A stretch of 63,391 nucleotides of DNA, filler included, from Octopus bimaculoides (Eukaryota): NCBI RefSeq assembly GCF_001194135.2. It is 6 parts of 6 records of this genome, joined end to end, with 100 filler letters (N's around TTAATTAATTAA, not from the genome) between each part and the next. Parts side by side here need not be neighbours in the genome. Positions count along the whole stretch, not along the records: positions 61,276 to 63,391 come from NC_068983.1; 5 more parts are not named here. One strand, given 5' to 3'. Every line of letters starts with the position of its first letter. Position 1 is the stretch's first letter. A model generated the notes under the pieces. It was not told the DNA's origin and searched no databases. It was given only the letters and a program-made list of their open reading frames with translations. Below, piece by piece: positions 63,204 to 63,391 of this stretch. Position numbers and translations under genes: made by a program.

Positions 63204-63391
63204 TTGGGTTGTCCGGAAAGTTCGTGCCGATTTATAGTAGCTTACCTTTCGACTTATTTTAGAACATGGTTGAGTTCATAGGATTTGACTACACCTCCAT
63301 TTTGAGCACAGTTGAAGCTATCTTTTCGTGGAAGAAGGTTTATGTTCCTATAGCCTGTGTTAATTCTGTAACCCTTTAAAATGGAAGATAA
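63204..63391 (+). mobile_element. 5' end of a mariner element, truncated by the window edge
   Basis: TA at 63202-03 followed by mariner-type TIR ttgggttgtccggaaagttcgtgccgattt. A candidate transposase ATG (atggaagata) sits at the window end. Confidence 0.6.

Noticed and set aside
1-63391. CRISPR arrays, rRNA genes, operons
   Set aside because: No regularly spaced repeat-spacer array or rRNA-like sequence is present, and the window is eukaryotic.

Overview
AT-rich, gap-riddled eukaryotic scaffold. The SINE families, microsatellite load and LINE types point to a coleoid cephalopod, probably Octopus (inference from recognised repeats). The one host gene I can support is a minus-strand 3-on-3 globin. 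Its exon 2 (30846-31071) and exon 3 (CDS 24646-24780) sit at the canonical B12.2 and G7.0 intron positions, and I could not find exon 1. The rest is mostly decayed mobile DNA: tRNA-derived SINEs, L1/Tx1, R4/Dong-type, RTE and CR1-group LINE pieces, two Penelope-like elements (PLEs), Gypsy-derived fragments, mariner and hAT transposons, and fold-back elements. The most unusual signal is a set of hammerhead-ribozyme (HHR) motifs. One is a TSD-flanked element with a tRNA-like Pol III head and a PLE-type HHR in its tail (16602-16893). Another is an apparently intact type I HHR followed by a 53-nt GT-AG intron (60721-60841). A third is a degenerate HHR in the terminal repeat of a PLE (53683-53757). 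Several inverted-repeat pairs lie in or near the globin transcription unit. Most long ORFs in the ORF track are artefacts of N gaps or microsatellites.
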